Shown: positions 31,093-40,340 of the stretch, in pieces
How the letters are laid out: each line of letters starts with the position of its first letter
Numbering within the stretch: the stretch's first letter is position 1
NCBI GenBank assembly: GCA_040218735.1
Contig: JAVJQW010000041.1
Location: forward strand, 384,001 to 448,000
Reading direction: 5' to 3'
DNA: 64,000 bases
Source of the DNA: Deltaproteobacteria bacterium
Lineage (GTDB): Bacteria > Myxococcota > Kuafuiibacteriia > Kuafuiibacteriales > Kuafuiibacteriaceae
The notes under the pieces: model-generated
What the model was told of the DNA's origin: nothing
What the model saw: the letters and a program-made list of their open reading frames with translations, nothing else
The model's database searches: none
Program-made: the position numbers and the translations under genes

Positions 31093-32175
31093 ATGCGCGA
31101 CGACCCGAGGGTGATCGTCAACCGCTGGACGCCTTCGGCCGACGGGGCCTTCGAACGCGCGCGGGTGCTCGCGGCCGGTGTTCACCCCGAGGGACTCGAC
31201 GCGGTGCGGGTGCGTTTCTCGCGCGCGGCGACGGCGCCGTTCGAGGGGGCGGCGCACCTCGTGAGCCTGATGCGCGGCGCGGCGCGCATGCGAGGTTGCG
31301 GGCTCGATCCGAGCACGCACGCGTCGGTCGTCGGCGACGTCGAGCTGGAGGCGGAGGCCGGGACCGAGCTGATCGTGGTGACGGGGCGGGCGCCCGAAGG
31401 TCGCGCTGCGCTCGTCGTGCGGCAGGAGCGCTTCCTCGCGGCGGCGTTGGACGCGGAGGGGCCGCTGCGCTGGATCCTCACCCCGCAGTACCTCAGCCGA
31501 CGCATCTTCCTGCACCACGACGCGGCGCTGTTGTCGCAGTCGGGCGCACCGGTGTCCTGGTTCCGCACCACGATGTTCGACACCACGGGCCTGCCGCCGA
31601 ACGACGACGGCGAGTCGGTGTTCCGCATGTCGTACAACCACCGGACGGAGCCGAACTTCTGCTACGACGTGCAGGGGCACGCGCGCGTTCGCTTCGCCGA
31701 GCACCCCTACGACGACGCCGCGCAGCGCTTCGGTCCGTGGCACGACCTCGACGGCGAGACGACCTACCACCTGAACGAAGCGCGCGGCGGCGCGGAGGAG
31801 GAGCACCGCGATGGGCACCCCCTGCGGAACCGCCACGAGGTCGCGAACGCCGGCGGGCACACCACGCTGTTCTGCCTGTTCGATCCGGCGCCGACCGGCG
31901 TCGAAGAGCACCACCCGGGCACGTACAGCGAGTACGGCGCGCTCGACGACGTGCTCGGCTCCGAACGCTACACGAAGAAGCTCGCGCGCCTGCGCGAGGT
32001 CGACGCACACATCGATACGTTGAGCCTCGCGGCGGCGCGCGGCGAACCGCTGGAGGGGACGGCGGCGTGGGCTTGGTACGAAGAGGCTTCGGAGCAGGCA
32101 CGCAACAACCGCGCGGCGCTCCTCGCGCGCCTCGACGAAGGGCGGCGCAAGATCGTCGCGCCGTGGGCCGAGTGA
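31093..32175 (+). CDS. Extended ectoine-synthase (EctC)-like cupin protein
   Basis: Collinear EctC-like motifs by eye: YLSRRIFLHHD, SWFRTTM, YNHRTEPNFC, TTYHLN, RHEV, CLFDPAPTGVEEHHPGTY. Confidence 0.6.
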   Translation: MRDDPRVIVNRWTPSADGAFERARVLAAGVHPEGLDAVRVRFSRAATAPFEGAAHLVSLMRGAARMRGCGLDPSTHASVVGDVELEAEAGTELIVVTGRAPEGRAALVVRQERFLAAALDAEGPLRWILTPQYLSRRIFLHHDAALLSQSGAPVSWFRTTMFDTTGLPPNDDGESVFRMSYNHRTEPNFCYDVQGHARVRFAEHPYDDAAQRFGPWHDLDGETTYHLNEARGGAEEEHRDGHPLRNRHEVANAGGHTTLFCLFDPAPTGVEEHHPGTYSEYGALDDVLGSERYTKKLARLREVDAHIDTLSLAAARGEPLEGTAAWAWYEEASEQARNNRAALLARLDEGRRKIVAPWAE

Positions 32176-32492
32176 TGCGGCGCTTCCTCTGGCTGCTCCT
32201 CTTCGTTGGCTGCACCGGCAGCGACGGCCCGAGCCTCGACCAGGTCGACTGCAGCGCATGCTCCGCCGACCAGGTCTGCTGGTACGACTACGACATCGAC
32301 GCCGACGCCTACCGCGGGCACTGCGCCGCTTGGCCGTCGTACTGCGACGCCGACCGTTCGTGTGAATGTATCGACACCCAGCGCGGCCCCGGCGGCGAAG
32401 CGTTCTGCGATGACTTCGGCGTGCAGAACAGCGACGTGTGCGAGGTGCACGAGGGGCGCCCGCTGGTGCGGTGTGAGACGAACCTAGGTTAG
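32175..32492 (+). CDS. Small Cys-rich lipoprotein
   Basis: TGATG overlap with the upstream stop; MRRFLWLLLFVGC lipobox; about 10 further Cys. Confidence 0.7.
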   Translation: MRRFLWLLLFVGCTGSDGPSLDQVDCSACSADQVCWYDYDIDADAYRGHCAAWPSYCDADRSCECIDTQRGPGGEAFCDDFGVQNSDVCEVHEGRPLVRCETNLG

Positions 32493-33392
32493 GCGGGTGA
32501 GCTCGTCGAGGAGGCCGTAGCGCAGGCCTCGCGAGGACACCGTGAAGAACAGGCGTCGGTAGTGCGCCAGGATCCCCGCGACGATCGCGGCGCCCGCGAC
32601 GATGACGTCGGCGCGCCTCGGAGGGATCACGTCGCCGAGGTAGCGCTGCTCCAACGACTGCGCGCGCAGCTTCTCGAGCGACTGGTTCACCTCGAGCACC
32701 GTCAACCTCCGCCCTTCGGCGTGGTGGATGACCTCGCGCATGAACGCGATCTGCTTCGCGTGACCGAACAGGGCGAGGGCCGTGCCGGCGACGCCGATCA
32801 GCGGGACGTCCGGGTCGAGCTCGGGGGCCTCCGCGAGCGCGTCGCGTACCGCGCGGCGCAGCGCCTCCACGTCGACGTTCGTCGGCGGGTCGTTCGGCAG
32901 GAACCGCTCCGTCAGCCTCACGCCGCCCAGCGGCAACGACACCCGACGCTCGATCTCCCCCGCGCGCCCCACGGTGATCTCCGTGGAGCGACCGCCGATG
33001 TCGAACACCGCGACGCGCCCCGGGCCGTACAGCTTCGACGGCGCCACGAACGACAGCTCCGCCTCGCGGTCGCCGTCGATGATCGTGAAGTCGAAGCCAC
33101 GCTTCTTCGCGCCGCGCACCACCACGTCCGCGTTTTCGACGCCGCGCAGGCCCGCGGTGGCGACCGCCACCTCCCGCTCGACGCCGTGCTCCGCGAGCAC
33201 CGAGCGCACGTGGTCGAGCCCTTCGAACGTGCGACGAATCGCGCCGAGCCCGAGCCGACCGGTGCGCTCGACGCCCTCCGAAACGCGAACGAACAGCTCG
33301 CCCTCGTCGAGGAGGTCGAACCCGTCCGCGGTCGTCTGCGCGACGGCGTACTTCAGGGTGTTGGAGCCGAGGTCGACCGCGCCAATCCGCAC
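32484..33392 (-). CDS. ppx: Ppx/GppA-family exopolyphosphatase (short form)
   Basis: VDLGSNT; VATAGLR; IIDGDREAELSF; DIGGRSTE; RADVIVAG; GLRYG. Confidence 0.9.
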   Translation of the reverse strand: MRIGAVDLGSNTLKYAVAQTTADGFDLLDEGELFVRVSEGVERTGRLGLGAIRRTFEGLDHVRSVLAEHGVEREVAVATAGLRGVENADVVVRGAKKRGFDFTIIDGDREAELSFVAPSKLYGPGRVAVFDIGGRSTEITVGRAGEIERRVSLPLGGVRLTERFLPNDPPTNVDVEALRRAVRDALAEAPELDPDVPLIGVAGTALALFGHAKQIAFMREVIHHAEGRRLTVLEVNQSLEKLRAQSLEQRYLGDVIPPRRADVIVAGAAIVAGILAHYRRLFFTVSSRGLRYGLLDELTRLT

Positions 33393-33397
33393 GGTCG

Positions 33398-34093
33398 TTA
33401 CATCTTCTTGAGCTCGGCGCGCCGGTTCTTCTGGTGCGCGGACTCCGAGCCGCCCAGGTCGATCGGCCGCTCCTCGCCGTACGAGATGATGTGGATCTGC
33501 TTCTCGTTCACGCCCTGCGCGACGAGGTACTTGCTCACGCTGCGCGCGCGACGCTCCCCGAGGTGCAGGTTGTACTCGGTCGAGCCGCGGACGTCGCAGT
33601 GACCTTCGATCTCGATGTTCTCCGCCGGCGTCTTCGTGAGCACCGTCGCGACGCGTGAGAGCACCGCCTTGCTGTCCTCGCGGATCGTGGCGTCGTTGTA
33701 GTCGAAGTAGATCGTCTCCAACGCGCCCGCGAGGTCGAGCGTCGCGCTCGCGTCCGTCATCGCGTTGGCCTCCGGATCCGAGATGTCCTCTTCCTCCGCG
33801 ACCTGGTCACAGCCGGGCTTCGACGCCGCCTGCGCCTGCTCGGCGAGGCTCTTCGCCTGGTTCGCCTTCTCCTTGGCCGCGTCGACCTCGCCGTCCTCGG
33901 CGAGCTGACGCGCCTCGGCGATCGCCGCCTCCGCGGCCTGGTAGGTCTCCTTGGCGCAGTCGTTCGCCTTGCCGGCGCGCGCCTCGTCGATCGCCTTCAT
34001 CGCCGCCTCGAGCTCGAGGTCGGCCGTGTTCTTCGGGCACGCGTAGAGCGCGACCGCCATCATGAGCACCGCGATTCGTTTCATGATCCCCAT
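33398..34093 (-). CDS. pal: Peptidoglycan-associated lipoprotein Pal (OmpA-C) with N-terminal helical DUF4398-like extension
   Basis: LYAC lipobox; IYFDYN; IEGHCDVRGSTEYNLHLGERRA; SYGEERP; KNRRAE. Confidence 0.9.
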   Translation of the reverse strand: MGIMKRIAVLMMAVALYACPKNTADLELEAAMKAIDEARAGKANDCAKETYQAAEAAIAEARQLAEDGEVDAAKEKANQAKSLAEQAQAASKPGCDQVAEEEDISDPEANAMTDASATLDLAGALETIYFDYNDATIREDSKAVLSRVATVLTKTPAENIEIEGHCDVRGSTEYNLHLGERRARSVSKYLVAQGVNEKQIHIISYGEERPIDLGGSESAHQKNRRAELKKM

Positions 34094-34108
34094 CTCCTCA
34101 CCGTCCGG

Positions 34109-35419
34109 TCATCGGTACGGCGACCAAGCCGGCGTCGAGTAACCGCCGCCCTTCGTGATGCGCGTCTGGTTCGAACCGTCGACCGCCATCACCCAAACCT
34201 GCTGCCGACCCTCGCGCGTCGACGTGAACACGATGTGATTGCCGTCGGGCGAGAAGCTCGGCTCCTCGTTGTTCCCCTGGTCCTGCGTCAGACGTTTGAT
34301 CTCCTTGGTCTCCGCGTTGACCGTGAAGATGTCGAAGACGTTGCGCTCGTCGCGCGCCGTGAATGCGATCAGGTCCCCCTTCGGCGACCAGTCCGGCGTC
34401 TGGTTGTACGTCCCGCGATCCGTAATGCGCTTCACGCCCGAGCCGTCCGCGTTCATCACGAAGATGTGCGGGTCGCCCCACCGCGACGAGACAAACGCGA
34501 TGCGCTTACCGTTCGGCGCCCACGACGGAGACGAGTCGATGCCCCAGTCCTTCGTCAGACGTTTCAGGCCGGTGCCGTCCGCGTTCATCACGTAGACCTC
34601 GCTGTTGCCGTCGCGCGACAGCGTCAACGCGACCTTCGAGCCGTCGGGTGACATCGCGCCGCCCGTGTTGAGCCCACGCTCCCCGGACAGCAGCTTCGGC
34701 GCGCCGCCGCTCAGCGGGATCCGATACAGGTTCGGGTTGTGGCGGATGTACGAAGTGAACAGCAGCTCCGCGCCGCCCGCGCCCCACGACGGGAGCAGGT
34801 TGATCGACTTGTTGCGCGTGACCGGGCGCGCCGACGAGCCGTCGACGTCCATCACCCACAGCTCGCGCCCCGTCTTGGTCTTCCGGACCGCCGCGATCCG
34901 CGTCTGGAAGATGCCCTTGTTCCCCGTGAGGAACTCGACCACCTCGTCCGTGAACTTCCGCGCGAACACCTTCGCCTCGTCCGGCTTGCCCCGGTAGGAC
35001 TTGGCGAGGAGCTGACGGCCGCTCGCCACGTCGAAGAAGCGGAAGTCCGCCTTGAGCGCGCTGCCCGACTCGGTGACGCCGCACTTGATCAGACCCTCGG
35101 CGCCGACGTTGACCCAGTCCTCGAACTTGATCGACGCGGCCGCGAGCCCCTCGCGCGCCTGGTCGGCGAGGTAACTCTTCGGGTCGAGCACCTTGAACGT
35201 CGCCGCGAGCGTGAAGTTCCACCGGAGGGTGTCGGTGATCGACTCCGCGGACGGCGGCGCGGTACCGCCGGCCATGTTGCGCGCGTCGGGGATCGCGATC
35301 GGGTAGGGCCTGAAGTCAGGGCTACCGATCTCGATGACGGCACGGGTGCCGGTGCCCTGGGCAAAGGCGGCGGCGGGGCTGGCGATCAGGAAGAGCGAAG
35401 TGAATAGGAGTCGTCGCAC
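34109..35419 (-). CDS. tolB: Tol-Pal system beta-propeller protein TolB
   Basis: TolB N-domain; GIFQTRIA; PD40 repeats (SPDGSKVA, PSWAPNG, PDWSPKG, PSFSPDG, PAWSP). Confidence 0.92.
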   Translation of the reverse strand: MRRLLFTSLFLIASPAAAFAQGTGTRAVIEIGSPDFRPYPIAIPDARNMAGGTAPPSAESITDTLRWNFTLAATFKVLDPKSYLADQAREGLAAASIKFEDWVNVGAEGLIKCGVTESGSALKADFRFFDVASGRQLLAKSYRGKPDEAKVFARKFTDEVVEFLTGNKGIFQTRIAAVRKTKTGRELWVMDVDGSSARPVTRNKSINLLPSWGAGGAELLFTSYIRHNPNLYRIPLSGGAPKLLSGERGLNTGGAMSPDGSKVALTLSRDGNSEVYVMNADGTGLKRLTKDWGIDSSPSWAPNGKRIAFVSSRWGDPHIFVMNADGSGVKRITDRGTYNQTPDWSPKGDLIAFTARDERNVFDIFTVNAETKEIKRLTQDQGNNEEPSFSPDGNHIVFTSTREGRQQVWVMAVDGSNQTRITKGGGYSTPAWSPYR

Positions 35420-35516
35420 GAGCACCTCGATAGCCGCCGGGGTACGACCGGCGGTGGTCTGGGTCAAGGGGATGCGGTCCAGCACATAGGTAGGACGGGG
35501 GCCTTCCGCACGATGT

Positions 35517-36284
35517 TCACGGCTTGAACCGGACCCCGACCCCCGTGTCGAGGTACTGATCGGCCAGCTCGCGCGGCGGCGGCGGAAGCTTCGTGCGCTT
35601 CAACATCGTCTCCACCGACGCCATGAACGCCTGGTTCGGATGCGCCTTCACGATCTCGTAGCGCGAGATCGTACCGTTGCGCTCGATGAACAGGACCACC
35701 TCCGCGGACAGGAAGCGCCGTTGGCTCGCGGGGATCGTGGTGGGGAGGACGTACTTCGACTTCAGCGTCCGCGCGATCTCCGCCTGGTACTTCGTCGCCG
35801 CGTTCTTCGCGCGCGCCGCCGTCCCCATGATGTCGCCGTCCTCCTGGCCCTCCGGCTCCTCGGAGTCCAGCTTCGACAGCGCGTCGTCCAGCCGCGCGTC
35901 CGATCCTTCGAGCATGCGGCGCGCGGCGTCCGACATCTCCGGGCTCTTCTTCTGGGGCTTCCGCCGCTTCTCGGGCTTGGTCTTGTTGCCGGTGTCGAGC
36001 GCGACGCCGTCGTCCTTCGGCGCGAGCGCGGGCGCGGTCTTGCGGGGCAGCAGCTTCGGATCGCGCGGCTTGCCGAGCCGCACCAGCTCCACCGTCACGG
36101 CTTCGACCGGCCGACGCGCCTTCGGCTTGAGGTTCTGATACGCGACGACGCCGCCGATCGCGCCGCCGTGCAGCAGCACGGAGAGCGTCGCGAACACCAC
36201 GAACCCGCGGTTCGCGTTCGACCGCCGCTGCGACGTGGTGGGGATCCGCATCCCCCCGGTCATCTCCATCGGGTTCTTCGCCAA
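35517..36284 (-). CDS. tolA: TolA/TonB-like energy transducer
   Basis: TM with SVLLHG (S-x3-H); Pro/Lys-rich linker; TonB_C-like domain ending LPPPP...GVRFKP; between tolR and tolB. Confidence 0.75.
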   Translation of the reverse strand: MAKNPMEMTGGMRIPTTSQRRSNANRGFVVFATLSVLLHGGAIGGVVAYQNLKPKARRPVEAVTVELVRLGKPRDPKLLPRKTAPALAPKDDGVALDTGNKTKPEKRRKPQKKSPEMSDAARRMLEGSDARLDDALSKLDSEEPEGQEDGDIMGTAARAKNAATKYQAEIARTLKSKYVLPTTIPASQRRFLSAEVVLFIERNGTISRYEIVKAHPNQAFMASVETMLKRTKLPPPPRELADQYLDTGVGVRFKP

Positions 36285-36293
36285 GAATCGCCC

Positions 36294-36725
36294 CTACTTC
36301 GTCTCCGGCGTGTCCATCGGGTCTGTGACCATGCCGAGCTTCTCGACGCCGGCGCGCTTCACGATCGCCATGATGTCAACGACGTAGCCGTACTCGAGCG
36401 AACGATCCGCGTGCAGGTACAGCTCACGCTCGTCCTGCAGCTTCGCGTTCGCCTTCAGTTTGTCCTCCAGCTCCGCGTACGGGATCGCGTTGTCGTCGTT
36501 GGTCCCGATGAAGATCTGCTTGTCCTTCCGCAACGTCAGCACGAGCTTCTTCTCGGTCCCTTCCATCGCCTGCGCCTTCGTCTTCGGCAGGTCGACGTCC
36601 ACGCCCTGCGTGATCAGCGGCGCCGTGACCATGAAGATGATCAGGAGCACCAGCATCACGTCGACCAGCGGCGTGACGTTGATCTCCGAGACGGCGCGCC
36701 CGCCTCCTCCGCTCGACATGCCCAT
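36294..36725 (-). CDS. tolR: TolR
   Basis: SEINVTPLVDVMLVLLIIFMVTAP; GVDVDLP; ADRSLEYG. Confidence 0.93.
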   Translation of the reverse strand: MGMSSGGGGRAVSEINVTPLVDVMLVLLIIFMVTAPLITQGVDVDLPKTKAQAMEGTEKKLVLTLRKDKQIFIGTNDDNAIPYAELEDKLKANAKLQDERELYLHADRSLEYGYVVDIMAIVKRAGVEKLGMVTDPMDTPETK

Positions 36726-36857
36726 CGCCGCCCGACGCTATCCCATCCGACTTCGACGCACCACGACCCCGATCGATCTGCGAAAATCGCGACTTTTCGG
36801 CCCGGTGGGCGCCGAAGACTGGCGTCGGCGCCCGGATTTCAAGGAAGGTAGAAGGCG

Positions 36858-39614
36858 GTGCACCCCGTCTTCGACCCGAGCCTGTACGTCATCGCAGGCC
36901 ACGCGCTCCCCGCGTTGGGGGTCTCGGTCGCGGTCTGCGTGCTCGGTCTCGTCGTCCTCCTCCGCGAGCGCTTCACCAACGTCGGGTTTGTGTTCATGGC
37001 CTACGCCGGCTGCCTGGGGACGTGGTTCTTCTCGGTCGGGATGCTGGGGTCCGTGCAGGACCCGGAGCTGCTGCGCTTCTACAACGCGCTCGCGATCTCC
37101 GGAGCGACGTTCGTCGCGCCCACGTTCTATCACTTCACCTCCTACGTCGTCGGCGACGTCCAGCGACAGGGCCTCCTGATCCGCGCGAAGTGGTTCGCCG
37201 CCTGCGCGCTGATGTTCCTCCTGTGGTCCAACGACGCGTTCATGACCGCGCCGGCCGAGTTCGCGTGGGGACACTACGTCACGTTCACCTCGTGGTCGGG
37301 CTCCGTCGCGGTGTTCGCGGTCGCCTCGCTCACGGTGTCGCTGGTGCGTGTGCTCCTGTCGTGGCGGAAGTCACCCGTCGGGTCCAACCGTCGCGAGCGC
37401 TCCAAACTGCTGACGCTCAGCTTCCTCTTCGCGTTCCTCGGCGCGCTCGACTTCCTCCCGGCGTTCGGCGTGCAGATGCGCCCGCTCGCGTACATCTGGG
37501 TGCTCCCGCTGATGGTCGCGAGCGTCTACATCACGTTCCGTCACCGCCTCGCGGACCTGTCGGCGGAGCTCGTCGCGGATCGGATCATCGCGACGATGTC
37601 CGAGGCGATCGTCGTCATCGACGCCGACCGCGTGGTGTTCGTCGCCAACGACGCCGCCCACGCGCTCCTCGCCGAAGACGGTCGTTCGCTCCTCGGTCGC
37701 CGCTTCGACGCAGAGCTACTCGGGCGTGACGTCGAGCGTCGCTTCTCCTCGCTCCTCGAACCGGGGGCCGCGCCCCGCAAGGAGATCGAGCTCGAGGATC
37801 GCGCGGGCGACCCACGAACCCTCGAGACCTCGCGCGCCCTCGTCACCGACCCCCGCGGGCAGGTCGTCGCGCAGCTCATCGTGCTCAACGACATCACGGA
37901 GCACCGACAGGCGGAGCGTGCGTTGGCGCGCGCGAAGCTGGGCGCGGAGGCGGCCACCGTGGCGAAGAGCACCTTCCTCGCGAACATGTCCCACGAGATC
38001 CGCACGCCCGTGAACGGCATCATGGGCATGGCGCAGCTCCTGGAGGACACGCCGCTCGACCGCTCGCAGCTCGAGTACGCGCGGACGATCCACACCAGCT
38101 CGCGTGCGCTCCTCACGATCCTCAACGACATCCTCGACTTCTCGAAGATCGAAGCCGGGCGGCTGGAGCTGTCGAAGGCGCCGTTCGATCTGAGGAAGCT
38201 CCTCGACCAAGTCGCGCTCGTCGCCAGCGTGAAGGCGTTCGAGCAGGGCCTCGAGCTGGTGGCGTTCGCCGACCCCGACGTTCCCTCGCAGCTCGTGGGC
38301 GACGCGGGTCGCATCCGGCAGGTCCTCACGAACCTCGTCGGCAACGCGGTGAAGTTCACGGCCGAGGGGAGCGTCGTCGTGCGCGTGACGCTCGACGGCA
38401 CGTCCGACGACACCGCGCGCATCCAGGTCTCCGTCACCGACACCGGGCCGGGCATCCCGGAGGACCGTCAGTCGCAGCTGTTCCGATCCTTTTCGCAGCT
38501 CGACCCGTCGACCACCCGTGAGTTCGGTGGCACCGGCCTCGGGCTCGCGATCTCCAAGCAGCTCGTGACGTTGATGGGCGGAGAGATTGGCGTGGTCTCG
38601 CGGGTCGGCTCGGGGACGACGTTCTGGTTCCGCCTCCCGCTAGGGTGGGGCGGCGAGGCCATCGCGCGGCCGAGGTCACTCGGTGGTCGTCGGGTGCTCG
38701 CGATCGAGGACGAGGATCCCGCGCGGGCGATGCTCGAGATCCTGCTGGGTGCGTACGGCGCGCACGTCATCGCGGTGCCCGACGTCGGCGGCGCCCGTGA
38801 AGCGCTCGCCGAGGGCACGTTCGACGTCGTGATCGTGGACCGAACCCTACCGGACGGCGAAGCGGCGGACGTCGTGGCGGCGCTGGAGGCGTCGTCGTCG
38901 AAGTCTGCGCGGCGGGTCCTCCTCACGCGGGCGGTCCACACCCACCCCGACGAGGTGCCGTTCGAGGCCTTCGTCGCGAAACCGGTGCGCGAGCAACACC
39001 TCGAGCGCGCCGTCCGCGGGGTGAAGGACACGCCGCGGCTGCTGCGGCCCATCTCTTCGTTCACGCGCCAGGTGCAGGTGCTGCTCGTCGAAGACAACCC
39101 GATCAACCAGCGCGTCGCGCTGCGGATGCTCGAGAAGCTCGGCTACGTCGCCGAGGCGGTCGCGAACGGTGAGCTCTGTCTGAAGGCGCTCCGCGACGGC
39201 TCGTACGACCTGATCCTCATGGACGTGCACATGCCCAAGAAGGACGGCTACACGACGACGCGTGAGATCCGTTCGCTCGGCGACGAGCGGGCGCGCATCC
39301 CGATCATCGCGATGACCGCGAACGCGATGGCCGGCGATCGCGACAAGTGCATCGCCGCCGGCATGAACGACTACATCGCCAAACCCGTGGAGCTCGACCA
39401 GCTCGAGGAAGTCCTGCGCCCGTGGAAGGAGCGCATCCGAAAGGAGCGCGCGTCGCTACTTGAAGAAGTGCCGCTTCACGATGTTGAGGAAGTCGCTGGA
39501 GAAGGACTCCATCTCGGACGTGAGGACGCGGATGCGGGAGAGGAAGAAGTTGTAGGCGATGACGGCGGGGATGGCCGCGGCGAGACCGGCGGCGGTCGCG
39601 ATCAGCGCCTCTGA
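36858..39614 (+). CDS. Hybrid histidine kinase (7TM sensor-PAS-HisKA-HATPase-REC-REC)
   Basis: N-terminal multi-TM region; PAS; FLANMSHEIRTP; NLVGNAVKFT; GGTGLGLAIS; two receivers (DLILMDVHMP...IAKP). Confidence 0.92.
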   Translation: MHPVFDPSLYVIAGHALPALGVSVAVCVLGLVVLLRERFTNVGFVFMAYAGCLGTWFFSVGMLGSVQDPELLRFYNALAISGATFVAPTFYHFTSYVVGDVQRQGLLIRAKWFAACALMFLLWSNDAFMTAPAEFAWGHYVTFTSWSGSVAVFAVASLTVSLVRVLLSWRKSPVGSNRRERSKLLTLSFLFAFLGALDFLPAFGVQMRPLAYIWVLPLMVASVYITFRHRLADLSAELVADRIIATMSEAIVVIDADRVVFVANDAAHALLAEDGRSLLGRRFDAELLGRDVERRFSSLLEPGAAPRKEIELEDRAGDPRTLETSRALVTDPRGQVVAQLIVLNDITEHRQAERALARAKLGAEAATVAKSTFLANMSHEIRTPVNGIMGMAQLLEDTPLDRSQLEYARTIHTSSRALLTILNDILDFSKIEAGRLELSKAPFDLRKLLDQVALVASVKAFEQGLELVAFADPDVPSQLVGDAGRIRQVLTNLVGNAVKFTAEGSVVVRVTLDGTSDDTARIQVSVTDTGPGIPEDRQSQLFRSFSQLDPSTTREFGGTGLGLAISKQLVTLMGGEIGVVSRVGSGTTFWFRLPLGWGGEAIARPRSLGGRRVLAIEDEDPARAMLEILLGAYGAHVIAVPDVGGAREALAEGTFDVVIVDRTLPDGEAADVVAALEASSSKSARRVLLTRAVHTHPDEVPFEAFVAKPVREQHLERAVRGVKDTPRLLRPISSFTRQVQVLLVEDNPINQRVALRMLEKLGYVAEAVANGELCLKALRDGSYDLILMDVHMPKKDGYTTTREIRSLGDERARIPIIAMTANAMAGDRDKCIAAGMNDYIAKPVELDQLEEVLRPWKERIRKERASLLEEVPLHDVEEVAGEGLHLGREDADAGEEEVVGDDGGDGRGETGGGRDQRL

Positions 39615-40229
39615 GATTCCGGGCGCGACGGTCGCGAGGTTCGCGCTGCCCATGCGGCCGATGTCCTGGAACGCCTTCATGATGCCCCAGACCGTTCCGA
39701 ACAGGCCGATGAAGGGCGCCGTCGAGCCGACCGTCGCGAGGAAGGACGTCAGGCTCTCCATCGCGGTGATCTCGGAGTTGGCGCTCCGGCGCAGCGCACG
39801 CTCGACGTTCTCGATGCCGCCGCCCAGCGTCTCCTCGTCGCCGCTTCGTTTCTTCAGGCGCGCGAGCTCGATGTACCCGGCACGGAACACCTGCGAGATC
39901 GGCGAGCCCTTGTAGGACTCGGACTGCTGGTACATCTGGTCGAGGCGCTTCGCGTCCCAGAACGCGGTGAGGAATCGCTCCGACTCGCGGCTCGCGCGGC
40001 GGAGGAACCACCACTTGTGGACGATGATCGCCCAGCTCAACACCGAGAACACGATCAGCAGCACGAGCGCCGCGAAGCTGATTGGCCCGGAGTGCGTGAC
40101 CGTCTCCCACAGCGAGATGTCCGTCGCGGAGGGCGGGGCCGCAGGGGTCTGTCCCACGGCTTCGAGCGTGACGATGATGACCGTGTTCGCGTCCGCACCC
40201 GCAGCCATGAGGTGAATGGCCGCTATCAT
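39456..40229 (-). CDS. tolQ: TolQ
   Basis: SVLSWAII; FLATVGSTAPFIGLFGTVWGIM; VAPGISEALIATAAGLAAAIPAV. Confidence 0.93.
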   Translation of the reverse strand: MIAAIHLMAAGADANTVIIVTLEAVGQTPAAPPSATDISLWETVTHSGPISFAALVLLIVFSVLSWAIIVHKWWFLRRASRESERFLTAFWDAKRLDQMYQQSESYKGSPISQVFRAGYIELARLKKRSGDEETLGGGIENVERALRRSANSEITAMESLTSFLATVGSTAPFIGLFGTVWGIMKAFQDIGRMGSANLATVAPGISEALIATAAGLAAAIPAVIAYNFFLSRIRVLTSEMESFSSDFLNIVKRHFFK

Positions 40230-40340
40230 GGCACCACAGACCTGACAACCATGTCAGGGGTCGCCCGCGGGCTCGACGCCCGGACCGCGGCACCGTGAAG
40301 TTGCGCCGGTGGTCTCGGTGTTGCACGCTTTTTCGACGGC

